A stretch of DNA of 32,000 bases, from contig CP047921.1 of the NCBI GenBank assembly GCA_010202845.1, positions 60,001 through 92,000 on the forward strand, in the 5' to 3' direction. Position 1 is the stretch's first letter. Every line of letters begins with the position of its first letter. The position numbers and the translations under genes are program-made. Shown here in pieces: positions 8,504-16,224 of the stretch. The notes beneath the pieces are model-generated. The model worked only from the letters and a program-made list of their open reading frames with translations, did not search any database and was not told the origin of the DNA. This DNA comes from Candidatus Saccharibacteria bacterium oral taxon 488 (GTDB lineage: Bacteria > Patescibacteriota > Saccharimonadia > Saccharimonadales > Saccharimonadaceae).

Positions 8504-8532
8504 ATTATAGCACATAACATACTTTTATGCAA
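8504..8532 (-). promoter_or_regulatory. Near-consensus sigma-70-type promoter firing toward the rpoD 3' end
   Basis: The minus strand reads TTGCAT (8532-8527), a 17-nt spacer, then TATAAT (8509-8504). It lies downstream of the kinase gene stop (8567-8569). Confidence 0.55.
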
Positions 8533-8566
8533 GTATGAACGATACAATAGTATCCTTTAACAGGGC

Positions 8567-9154
8567 TCAACACTGCTCGGGCACCTTACAAAAATGCTCG
8601 TGGTGAGTGATGGCCTCCAGCTGAGCGTACAGCTCATCCAAACCGCGGTCATTTGTTACGAAATAGTCGGCAATGGCGATTGGCCCGCCTTTTTCCAAAT
8701 TTTCAATTTCCGACCAATCACGTTGGTCAACTTCGCGTGGCTGCATCGGCCGCTCGGGGCGTTTGGCCATGCGTTGATAGCGCAGGTGTTTTGGTGTGAC
8801 AACGGCGATGACGGACATCTGACCAGGGAATTCGTGCTTGAGGATTTTATATTCACTCCAGGTGTACAAACCGTCCAGGACGATGAGTTTTTGACCAGCG
8901 TCAATCAAGTCATGTGCGGATTTGACGACGCGCTTGACGACGAAATCTTTGCCTTCGCGTCGGCGAATTTCCTCGCGGAATTTTTGCTGATTATCCCAGG
9001 TTGGTTCGATGCCAGCTTCTTCCATGGCTTTGTAGATGATGCCACCAAAGTAAATTTTTGGAATGCCCTTTTTGGTGAAATATTCGACCGCCGAACTTTT
9101 GCCGCTACCAGCCAGACCGACCAGGGCGATAATTTTTGCGTGTGGTTGTATCAT
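8567..9154 (-). CDS. P-loop nucleotide/nucleoside kinase-like protein (CoaE/UPF0200-like)
   Basis: 195 aa. Walker A motif ALVGLAGSGKSS. LIVLDGLYTWSEYKILKHEF, RYQRMAKRPERP, QRDWSEIE and IAIADYFVTNDRGLDEL resemble the dephospho-CoA-kinase-like/UPF0200 small kinases common in archaea. The substrate cannot be called from sequence. Confidence 0.6.
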   Translation of the reverse strand: MIQPHAKIIALVGLAGSGKSSAVEYFTKKGIPKIYFGGIIYKAMEEAGIEPTWDNQQKFREEIRRREGKDFVVKRVVKSAHDLIDAGQKLIVLDGLYTWSEYKILKHEFPGQMSVIAVVTPKHLRYQRMAKRPERPMQPREVDQRDWSEIENLEKGGPIAIADYFVTNDRGLDELYAQLEAITHHEHFCKVPEQC

Positions 9155-9160
9155 GTTGTT

Positions 9161-9182
9161 AGTATAGCAAATTTGCTATACT
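9161..9182. promoter_or_regulatory. Perfect 22-bp palindrome supplying -10 boxes for both divergent leaderless genes (kinase and polA)
   Basis: AGTATAGCAAA|TTTGCTATACT. The plus strand reads TGC-TATACT (9174-9182), 6 nt, ATG 9189. The minus strand reads TGC-TATACT (9169-9161), 6 nt, ATG 9154. Confidence 0.55.
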
Positions 9183-9188
9183 GAGTAT

Positions 9189-11723
9189 ATGAAACGTTTG
9201 GCGGTCATCGACGGAAAATCAGTTTTTTACCGAGGGTATTATGCCATGCCGGGGCTCAGTACGGCGGATGGTACGCCGACCGGCGGGGTGTATGGATTTG
9301 TAAGTTTGGCGATTGAGCTGATCAAGAAATTAGAGCCGGATTATGTGGCGGTGGCGTGGGACAAGCGCGGTACTAATATCCGCAAGCGGCGGGAACTATA
9401 TCCAGAGTACAAGGCGGGTCGCAAGCCAGCGCCTGATGATTTTTATCAGCAAATTCCGATTTTGATGGAACTACTGGACGCGTTCGGCTGGCCGCTGTAT
9501 GAACTCGATGATTATGAGGCGGACGACATCATGGGTGCGTTTGCCAAGCAAGCGGAAGCGCGCGGCGTGCAGACCTGTCTGCTGACGTCGGATTTGGATG
9601 CGCTGCAATTAGTGTCGCCCCTCACCAAAGTCTACGCCATGAAAAATGGCCTGAGGAACATAGAGGAATTTACGGCGGAATATTTTGAACAAAAATATGG
9701 TATTCGGACGGATCAGTTTTTGGATTTGAAGGCGCTAAAAGGTGATTCGAGCGACAATTTGCCGGGTGTGCCGGGCGTTGGTGAAAAGACGGCGGTGAAA
9801 TTACTACAAGCATATGACACGCTGGACGGCGTGTATGCGCATGTGGATGAGCAAACAGGCGCTCTACGGACAAAGCTAGAGAACGGCCGCGAGTCGGCGT
9901 ATTTGACCAAGCAAGTGGCGGAGCTGTGGACGGACGCGCCGGTGGAGCTGGACTGGGAGGTGGCGGATGTTAACGACTGTGACTTTGCGCAGGTGGCGGA
10001 GATCTTGCGGAAATTGGAGTTCCATTCGCTGATTGGGCGGCTGCCAAAGACAATGCAGGCGTCGGATGAGGCAGTGGAGACGGCGGAGTTAGAGCTGTCA
10101 CGTGTCGAAGACTTGCCGACTGAACCATTGTTTGAAACGGAAAATAGTATCTATATTGATCTATCGGAGCCGGACACGGTCTATATTAATTCCAAGCCTG
10201 GCGTGGCGTGGCGGGCCAAGATGAGTGAGATTGGTCAACATGTTTGGCAACTGTTGGCGCAGGGCGTGGTGATTGCGGCGGACGTCAAGGAGTTGTATCA
10301 TGCGCTGGATGCTCACGGCGTGACGGTGCGGTTTCATGAGGTCTGGGATGTTGGGCAGGCGGCGTTTTTGATCGATCCGCTGAGGCGCGATCGTAGTTTA
10401 GCGGCGCTGGCTGGTGATTTTTCTGAGGATAATTCCGTGTCGCGACAGCTGGCGTGGCTTCGTCAGATTTACCGCCAGCAGCAGGATTATATGGCGACGC
10501 ATCAGCAGATTGCCCGAGTGCTTCGCGACTTTGATTTTCCGGTGATTTGGCCGTTGTTTCAGATGGAAAAGCGCGGTATGAAGCTGGACACGGCACTCCT
10601 TGAACAGATGGGCGAGGAGCTGAGGACGGAGGTGAGTCAGCTTGAACAACAAATGTATGCGATGGCTGGGCGCGAGTTCAATGCCGCTAGTCCGGCACAG
10701 CTGTCTGAGGTGTTATTTACCAAACTGCAGCTGCCGACAACTGGTATCAAAAAGGGCAAAACTGGCTATTCGACGGGGCAGAAAGAGCTGGATAAACTGC
10801 GCGGGTGGCACCCGATCATTGAGCTGATTGAGCGGTATCGGGAGCTGACTAAATTGATCAGCACCTACATTGAAGCGCTGCCGAAGTTGGTGGCCGAGGA
10901 CGGGCGGATTCACACCACCTTCAACCAAGATGTCACCAGCACCGGGCGGCTGAGCAGCACCAATCCTAACCTACAGAATATTCCGGTGCGCACAGAACTG
11001 GGCCGGAAAATTCGCCAGGCGTTTGTGCCGAGTGAGGATAAGGTCTTCGTTGGCGCGGATTATTCACAATTTGAGCTGCGGCTGGCGGCGGTGTTGGCGG
11101 GCGACGAGCAGTTGATTAACGATTTTAATAGTGACGTGGATATTCATACCAAGACGGCGGCTGAGACCTACGGCGTGCCGATGGCTGAGGTGACGAAATT
11201 GCAGCGCCGCGCGGCCAAGGTGATTAACTTTGGCGTGCTGTACGGTATGAGTCCGCATGGCTTGGCGGCGGCCACCGGTATGACGTTCACTGAGGCGAAA
11301 CAGTTTATTGAACACTATTTTGCGGTGCGCCAGCCAATCCGCCAATATCTGGATACAATTTTAGTTCAAGCGCGCGAACAAGGTTTTGTCGAGACTTATT
11401 TTGGCCGGCGGCGGCCCACACCAGACGTTAAGTCGAGCAATTTTATGGTGCGTTCAGCGGCCGAGCGGGCGGCGATGAACATGCCAATTCAGGGAACGGA
11501 AGCGGATTTGATGAAACTGGCGATGATTCGGTTGGAGGACAAGTTGGCTGGGCTGGCCGAGCCAGTCCTGCAGGTTCATGACTCGATTTTGGTGGAATGT
11601 TTGCCGGAAGACGCTGAGCGAGTCGGTGAAATCATGCGCAGAGAAATGGAAGGTATTTGTCCAGAACTGCCAATTCGATTGAAGGTTGATATTGAAGTGG
11701 GGTATAATTGGGGCGGTCTATAA
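9189..11723 (+). CDS. polA: DNA polymerase I (5' nuclease + degenerate 3'-5' exonuclease-like region + family A polymerase)
   Basis: 844 aa. The 5' nuclease region has AVAWDK, EADDIMG and GDSSDNLPGVPGVGEKTA. The polymerase motifs are TGRLSSTNPNLQNIP (A region), RRAAKVINFGVLYGMS (motif B) and QVHDSILVE (motif C). Confidence 0.95.
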   Translation: MKRLAVIDGKSVFYRGYYAMPGLSTADGTPTGGVYGFVSLAIELIKKLEPDYVAVAWDKRGTNIRKRRELYPEYKAGRKPAPDDFYQQIPILMELLDAFGWPLYELDDYEADDIMGAFAKQAEARGVQTCLLTSDLDALQLVSPLTKVYAMKNGLRNIEEFTAEYFEQKYGIRTDQFLDLKALKGDSSDNLPGVPGVGEKTAVKLLQAYDTLDGVYAHVDEQTGALRTKLENGRESAYLTKQVAELWTDAPVELDWEVADVNDCDFAQVAEILRKLEFHSLIGRLPKTMQASDEAVETAELELSRVEDLPTEPLFETENSIYIDLSEPDTVYINSKPGVAWRAKMSEIGQHVWQLLAQGVVIAADVKELYHALDAHGVTVRFHEVWDVGQAAFLIDPLRRDRSLAALAGDFSEDNSVSRQLAWLRQIYRQQQDYMATHQQIARVLRDFDFPVIWPLFQMEKRGMKLDTALLEQMGEELRTEVSQLEQQMYAMAGREFNAASPAQLSEVLFTKLQLPTTGIKKGKTGYSTGQKELDKLRGWHPIIELIERYRELTKLISTYIEALPKLVAEDGRIHTTFNQDVTSTGRLSSTNPNLQNIPVRTELGRKIRQAFVPSEDKVFVGADYSQFELRLAAVLAGDEQLINDFNSDVDIHTKTAAETYGVPMAEVTKLQRRAAKVINFGVLYGMSPHGLAAATGMTFTEAKQFIEHYFAVRQPIRQYLDTILVQAREQGFVETYFGRRRPTPDVKSSNFMVRSAAERAAMNMPIQGTEADLMKLAMIRLEDKLAGLAEPVLQVHDSILVECLPEDAERVGEIMRREMEGICPELPIRLKVDIEVGYNWGGL

Positions 11724-11740
11724 AAAGGAGGGTTAGACTA

Positions 11741-13510
11741 GTGTCTGGATTTAAGGCTCGTGAAGCAACATTACAAAATTTATTTGATAGTGGCGACTAT
11801 GATCAGTTTGTAATTCCGCATTATCAACGCAGCTATGTGTGGGGCCAGGACGAATTGGAGAATTTCTGGAATGATTTTATTGAACGCAAGGAAGTGGGAC
11901 AGCTTTATTTACTTGGCTCAATCATTGTCAGTAGGACAAAACAAAAACGTTCTTTTGGGGTTGTGGATGGTCAACAACGTCTTATTACGAGCTCGGTGTT
12001 TATAACAGCCTTGAAAGATGTTTGGAGCGAAAAGTTTGGTCGTGATGAAGAACATTTCTCTTTAGAAAGATTTATTAAAAAGAGGGTATTAGGTAGCAAT
12101 AATGCCATCTTTAAGATAGATGTTGCGGGCAGCTTGAAGCAATGCTATATTGACATGATTATTTCAGGAAGTACTAAAAAGGAGTATAAGAATGAAGATC
12201 AGAAAAATCTTCATCGTGCATATAATTACTTCAAAGATAAGTTACGTGACTCGTATGATGCAAATAAAGCTAATGATAGCCAACGGAAGAAGCTACTGCT
12301 ACAAAAACTTGAGAACCTCCTAGATACCAATCTAGTGCTGGTCACTCTTGATGATGAGGACGATGCTTACGAAGTGTTTGAGGGGTTCAATGCTCGTGGC
12401 GTAGATCTTTCTATCTCGGACTTGTTTAAAAACCTTTTTCTACAAAAGATAAAAGGGACAGAAGAAGAAAAAACAAGAGCGCTTGAAGAGTGGGATAATA
12501 TTATTCAGATAGTTACAGAATTGCGGATTCCAAAGTTTACGATCAATACGTTTATTAGGTACTATTGGATAAGAAACCACTCGTTTATAGGCGAGCGTCA
12601 GCTTTACAAGAAAATTAAGAAAGAAACGAAGAACTATAGGGAATTGCTTTCTGATATGTATCAGATTGCGGAATCTTTACGGGTATTATTTAATGGATCG
12701 CCTTATGAGATAAGGGATTTTCTTGGACACCCAGAAGCAAAAGCAGAATATGCAAAATCTATCAGTGACTCATTATGTGCTTTGAGGGTTATGAATACTC
12801 AGAGCTATATGGTTTGGCTAATGTCTATAGCAGCTAAGCGAAATAAAGAGTTTATTAGTCTTAAAATGTTTGCTCGATCGCTTGGTCAAATAGAAAGGTT
12901 TTCATTTAGGTATTTTGTAGTTTCAAAATTACCAGCAAATCGTGTTGAAAAAATGTATGCTAAATTTTCAAATGAATTATTTAAATTGTCCGATACTCGA
13001 GATAAACAAAGGATAGCAACCTTATTAGATAAGGAGCTTTTGAGTAGAATTGAACAAGATAAACTTCTACCTCCACGAGAGCAGTTTATTGCTGATTTTG
13101 GTTTATTGTGCCTAAAATCTAATAATAAAAATCTTGTTCGGTACATTTTAACTCAAATAGAAAATCAGTTAAGCAGCGGCGAGAAGGGCGTTACTCAAGA
13201 AGTTGTTACAATTGAGCATATTATGCCCCAGAGGTTAAACAAGGGGTGGAATATATCGCAAACCGATCATAAAAACTGTGTTAATATGCTTGGTAATTTG
13301 ACAATCCTAAAAGGTGCGTTAAACTCATCTGCAAGCAATAAAGCAATTAACGAAAAGGTTCGTCATTTTAAAGATTCAGACTTAAAGATGAATGGTGATT
13401 TGGTTGATCTAATAAATAAAAAAAGCGACTGGGGTAAAGACGAAATAATAGAAAGACAAAATGCTTTTGCAGAAGCATCTGATTATATCTGGTCTGTAGA
13501 TAAAAGATAA
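11741..13510 (+). CDS. GmrSD-like DUF262 + DUF1524 protein (putative type IV, modification-dependent restriction endonuclease)
   Basis: The track ORF starts at 11708 inside polA. I prefer GTG 11741, which lies 8 nt after AAGGAGGG (11725-11732). The N-terminus has FVIPHYQRSYVW and VVDGQQRLIT (the DUF262 DGQQR signature). The C-terminus has IEHIMPQ and LGNLTILKGALNSSASNK (the DUF1524 His-Me finger). The gene is strikingly AT-rich relative to its neighbours. Confidence 0.8.
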   Translation: MSGFKAREATLQNLFDSGDYDQFVIPHYQRSYVWGQDELENFWNDFIERKEVGQLYLLGSIIVSRTKQKRSFGVVDGQQRLITSSVFITALKDVWSEKFGRDEEHFSLERFIKKRVLGSNNAIFKIDVAGSLKQCYIDMIISGSTKKEYKNEDQKNLHRAYNYFKDKLRDSYDANKANDSQRKKLLLQKLENLLDTNLVLVTLDDEDDAYEVFEGFNARGVDLSISDLFKNLFLQKIKGTEEEKTRALEEWDNIIQIVTELRIPKFTINTFIRYYWIRNHSFIGERQLYKKIKKETKNYRELLSDMYQIAESLRVLFNGSPYEIRDFLGHPEAKAEYAKSISDSLCALRVMNTQSYMVWLMSIAAKRNKEFISLKMFARSLGQIERFSFRYFVVSKLPANRVEKMYAKFSNELFKLSDTRDKQRIATLLDKELLSRIEQDKLLPPREQFIADFGLLCLKSNNKNLVRYILTQIENQLSSGEKGVTQEVVTIEHIMPQRLNKGWNISQTDHKNCVNMLGNLTILKGALNSSASNKAINEKVRHFKDSDLKMNGDLVDLINKKSDWGKDEIIERQNAFAEASDYIWSVDKR

Positions 13511-13612
13511 ATACTGCCCTAAGTAGAGTAATATTAAGGTATTAGTATGCTAATCTGACTGTACTAAATAATGTAGGATATCCCCGGTGACTAGTGCAAA
13601 AACCTAATATTA

Positions 13613-13621
13613 TGGTATAAT
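13613..13621 (+). promoter_or_regulatory. Extended -10 box for a leaderless transcript of the 13628 gene
   Basis: TGG-TATAAT (13613-13621), then 6 nt (CAACCC), then ATG 13628. Confidence 0.45.
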
Positions 13622-13627
13622 CAACCC

Positions 13628-14275
13628 ATGAGGCGTACGTATAATTCGTTTAATTCTTTTTCCCGGTTTGTGCCGATTTTACTAGTCATTATCATCACCA
13701 TCGTGACCATTGTTGCGATTATCAGCATCAGCCGGTCGATATTTGGTGGCGACGAGCAAAAACAGCAGCAGGAGACGACTGAGCAGAAAAAAAGCGACTT
13801 GCTACAAACCGACGAGAGCCGAGCGGTCAGGCTGACAGTGCGTGGCCCGATTGTCGCTAATGAGAAATTCCGTTCGTATCAAATAACTATTGCGCCGTCG
13901 TCGCGGGTGATGACGACGTATGAAGGCTATGTCGAGAAGCAGCTGAACACCAAGCAGCTGAATAATAACGCCAAGGCCTATGAAGAGTTGGTGTACGCAC
14001 TGGACAAGCGCAAGATGATGGAGGGCCGGCAGCTGAGCGATGAGCAAAATGACCTGCGCGGTATTTGTGCGACAGGCAAGGTGTATAAATTTGAATTGTT
14101 GATGAATGGAACAGCGATCAAGGCACTATGGACGTCAGATTGTGGCGGCTCCAAGGGATCAGCCGTTGCTAATGTCGAGGAAATCGTCGATATGTTTATC
14201 AAGCAAATCCCTGACGGTAGCAAAATGGCCACCTCTATCGGGCTGTACCAGCGGGATACGTTGTTCAAGTTTTAG
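13628..14275 (+). CDS. Hypothetical single-pass membrane protein
   Basis: 215 aa. N-terminal TM segment FVPILLVIIITIVTIVAIISI, a Gln/Glu-rich linker, then a ~150-aa soluble domain with two Cys. No recognisable family. Confidence 0.6.
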   Translation: MRRTYNSFNSFSRFVPILLVIIITIVTIVAIISISRSIFGGDEQKQQQETTEQKKSDLLQTDESRAVRLTVRGPIVANEKFRSYQITIAPSSRVMTTYEGYVEKQLNTKQLNNNAKAYEELVYALDKRKMMEGRQLSDEQNDLRGICATGKVYKFELLMNGTAIKALWTSDCGGSKGSAVANVEEIVDMFIKQIPDGSKMATSIGLYQRDTLFKF

Positions 14276-14284
14276 GAGCGTTCT

Positions 14285-15262
14285 ATGCCGGAACTTCCCG
14301 AAGTTGAGACAGTTCGCCACGGGTTGGCAGAGTTACTGCCGGGCCGAGCGGTGGCGCGGGTGTCAGTGTTTGATTCGCCAAAAAGCTTTCCGAATGCGCC
14401 GGCTGATGTTGAACAATTTTTATATAGCGCGTGCGTAACGGCGGTGCGGCGGCGGGCAAAGGTGCTGATGATTGATCTGGATACGCGCTATTCGCTGGTG
14501 GTACATTTGAAGATGACGGGGCAGTTGGTATTTCGTCAAGGCTCTCGCCATGGCGCTCGGGTATCCCCAAAAAAATCTCGGGACCCACGTAACGTTGCCC
14601 ACAATTTTTCTACGGATACCGCTCGCGAGATCGACGACTTTGCTGGCGGCCATCCGAACGATAGCTTGATTGGCGAGCTGCCAGATCGGTCGACGCGGGT
14701 GCAGGTTGATTTTGTGGATGGGTCACGGCTGTTTTTTAACGATCAGCGCAAATTTGGCTGGGTGAAGTTGCTGCCGACTGATGAGGTGAAAAATTTGCCG
14801 TTCATGCAAAAAGTTGGGCCGGAGCCGCTTGATCCTCAGACGCGCGCCGAGGATTTCATCCAGCGGATTCGCCGCCGCCAGAATTCGATGATCAAGCCAG
14901 CTTTTCTTGACCAGACAGTGATCGCCGGGGTTGGTAATATTTATGCTGACGAGGCGTTGTGGGCGGCGCGGATTCATCCGCAAACGCGGGTGAAAAATGT
15001 CAGTGATCAGCAGCTGAATACATTATTTACTGAGCTACGGCGCATCTTGCAACTCAGTATTGATCAGGGCGGCTCGACTGATAAAAATTACGTTGATGCC
15101 GAGGGTCGAAGGGGGAATTATCTGACATTTGCTCATGTGTTTCGCCGCGAAGGCCAAGCCTGCCATCGCCACCCCGACCAAGAGGTCATTAAGCTAAAAG
15201 TCGGCGGTCGTGGTACGCATGTGTGTCCGGTGTGCCAGAAGCCACCAGTATTTGACAAATAG
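14285..15262 (+). CDS. mutM: Formamidopyrimidine-DNA glycosylase (Fpg/MutM) with an internal insertion and a CHCC-type zinc finger
   Basis: 325 aa. The N-terminal catalytic signature is MPELPEVETV. RRRAKVL, HLKMTGQL, GVGNIYADEALWAARIHP and the C-terminal zinc finger C-x2-H-x17-C-x2-C are present. TAGGAG lies 6 nt upstream of the ATG. Confidence 0.9.
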   Translation: MPELPEVETVRHGLAELLPGRAVARVSVFDSPKSFPNAPADVEQFLYSACVTAVRRRAKVLMIDLDTRYSLVVHLKMTGQLVFRQGSRHGARVSPKKSRDPRNVAHNFSTDTAREIDDFAGGHPNDSLIGELPDRSTRVQVDFVDGSRLFFNDQRKFGWVKLLPTDEVKNLPFMQKVGPEPLDPQTRAEDFIQRIRRRQNSMIKPAFLDQTVIAGVGNIYADEALWAARIHPQTRVKNVSDQQLNTLFTELRRILQLSIDQGGSTDKNYVDAEGRRGNYLTFAHVFRREGQACHRHPDQEVIKLKVGGRGTHVCPVCQKPPVFDK

Positions 15263-15288
15263 TTATTTATAGTGTATATTACAGGAAT

Positions 15289-16173
15289 ATGGCAGGAATA
15301 GATCAACCACCACGCAATGGTCAATTTGGTAAAGAGTCGGATTGGGAGCGGTCGGAGATATTGGGCGATCCAGATGACATGGATACTGAACTGGCGGCCC
15401 TAGTAGAGAAAGCAGAGCATGCTTCTGAGGTTAGAGATAATGTTGCTTTTTGGATCAATAACATGCTAGAGAAGCATGGCGTGAACACAATTTATCAGCT
15501 GGGATTGAGTGATGAAGAGTCGTCCAAAAGAGAGGATGCTGTCTTTGAGGTCTACCGACAAGATGTAGAAAACGGTGATTTTAGCAAGCTAGATATTTCA
15601 GCTCTTGATGAGTGTCGAGGTGATGAGTTAGCACTGGCCGAAGCAATTGATTTGCAGCTACAAGTTTACATTGAAAAGCGTATTGCGAGTGAAATGTTCG
15701 TGATGATGTGTGTGTCGACTGAGCTGGATTCTCAACGCGTGATGGATGGCACCGAGAAAACAGACATGATCGCAGACCATCTGCTGGTGCTTGATGAGAC
15801 GTCCCACTCGCCTTGGTTTGGTTTTCTCAATGAAGCACTTGGTGGTGAGGATGTTTCACCAGAACAGGTGGAGCGGGTAATGGATGCTCAGACTACTGCT
15901 AATAAAACAGGCGATCCATATGAGAAATCTCGTGAGTTTTATGACCGCATATTTATGGAAACTGGCGGTGGGCTTTCTGCGGTGCAAACAGCATTGGTAG
16001 CGTATGATATTGCTGGCCTTGCTATGAAAGAGATGACTGATCAGGCTAGTGGCGGGGAATACGCATACTGCATAGAGAAATTGCAGAGTATTGGCTTATC
16101 TGATGAGCAAATAACTACATTGATAGCTGCATATAAAGAGATTATGCGAAGGCCGCCTAAAGCGGAAGAATAA
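15289..16173 (+). CDS. Hypothetical, strongly acidic cytoplasmic protein (orphan)
   Basis: 294-aa ORF, visibly D/E-rich, with no TM segment or signal peptide. Local G+C is lower than in the flanking fpg and holA. No family is recognisable. Confidence 0.55.
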   Translation: MAGIDQPPRNGQFGKESDWERSEILGDPDDMDTELAALVEKAEHASEVRDNVAFWINNMLEKHGVNTIYQLGLSDEESSKREDAVFEVYRQDVENGDFSKLDISALDECRGDELALAEAIDLQLQVYIEKRIASEMFVMMCVSTELDSQRVMDGTEKTDMIADHLLVLDETSHSPWFGFLNEALGGEDVSPEQVERVMDAQTTANKTGDPYEKSREFYDRIFMETGGGLSAVQTALVAYDIAGLAMKEMTDQASGGEYAYCIEKLQSIGLSDEQITTLIAAYKEIMRRPPKAEE

Positions 16174-16209
16174 ATCAGTACACCGAAAGGCATGGCCTAA
16201 GGGGGTGTT

Positions 16210-16218
16210 TGGTATAAT
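16210..16218 (+). promoter_or_regulatory. Extended -10 box for a leaderless holA transcript
   Basis: TGG-TATAAT (16210-16218), then 6 nt (TAAGTC), then GTG 16225. Confidence 0.4.
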
Positions 16219-16224
16219 TAAGTC

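Noticed and set aside
11708-11740. Track start of the GmrSD-like ORF inside polA
   Set aside because: It would overlap polA by 16 nt and has no ribosome-binding site. GTG 11741 lies 8 nt after AAGGAGGG.
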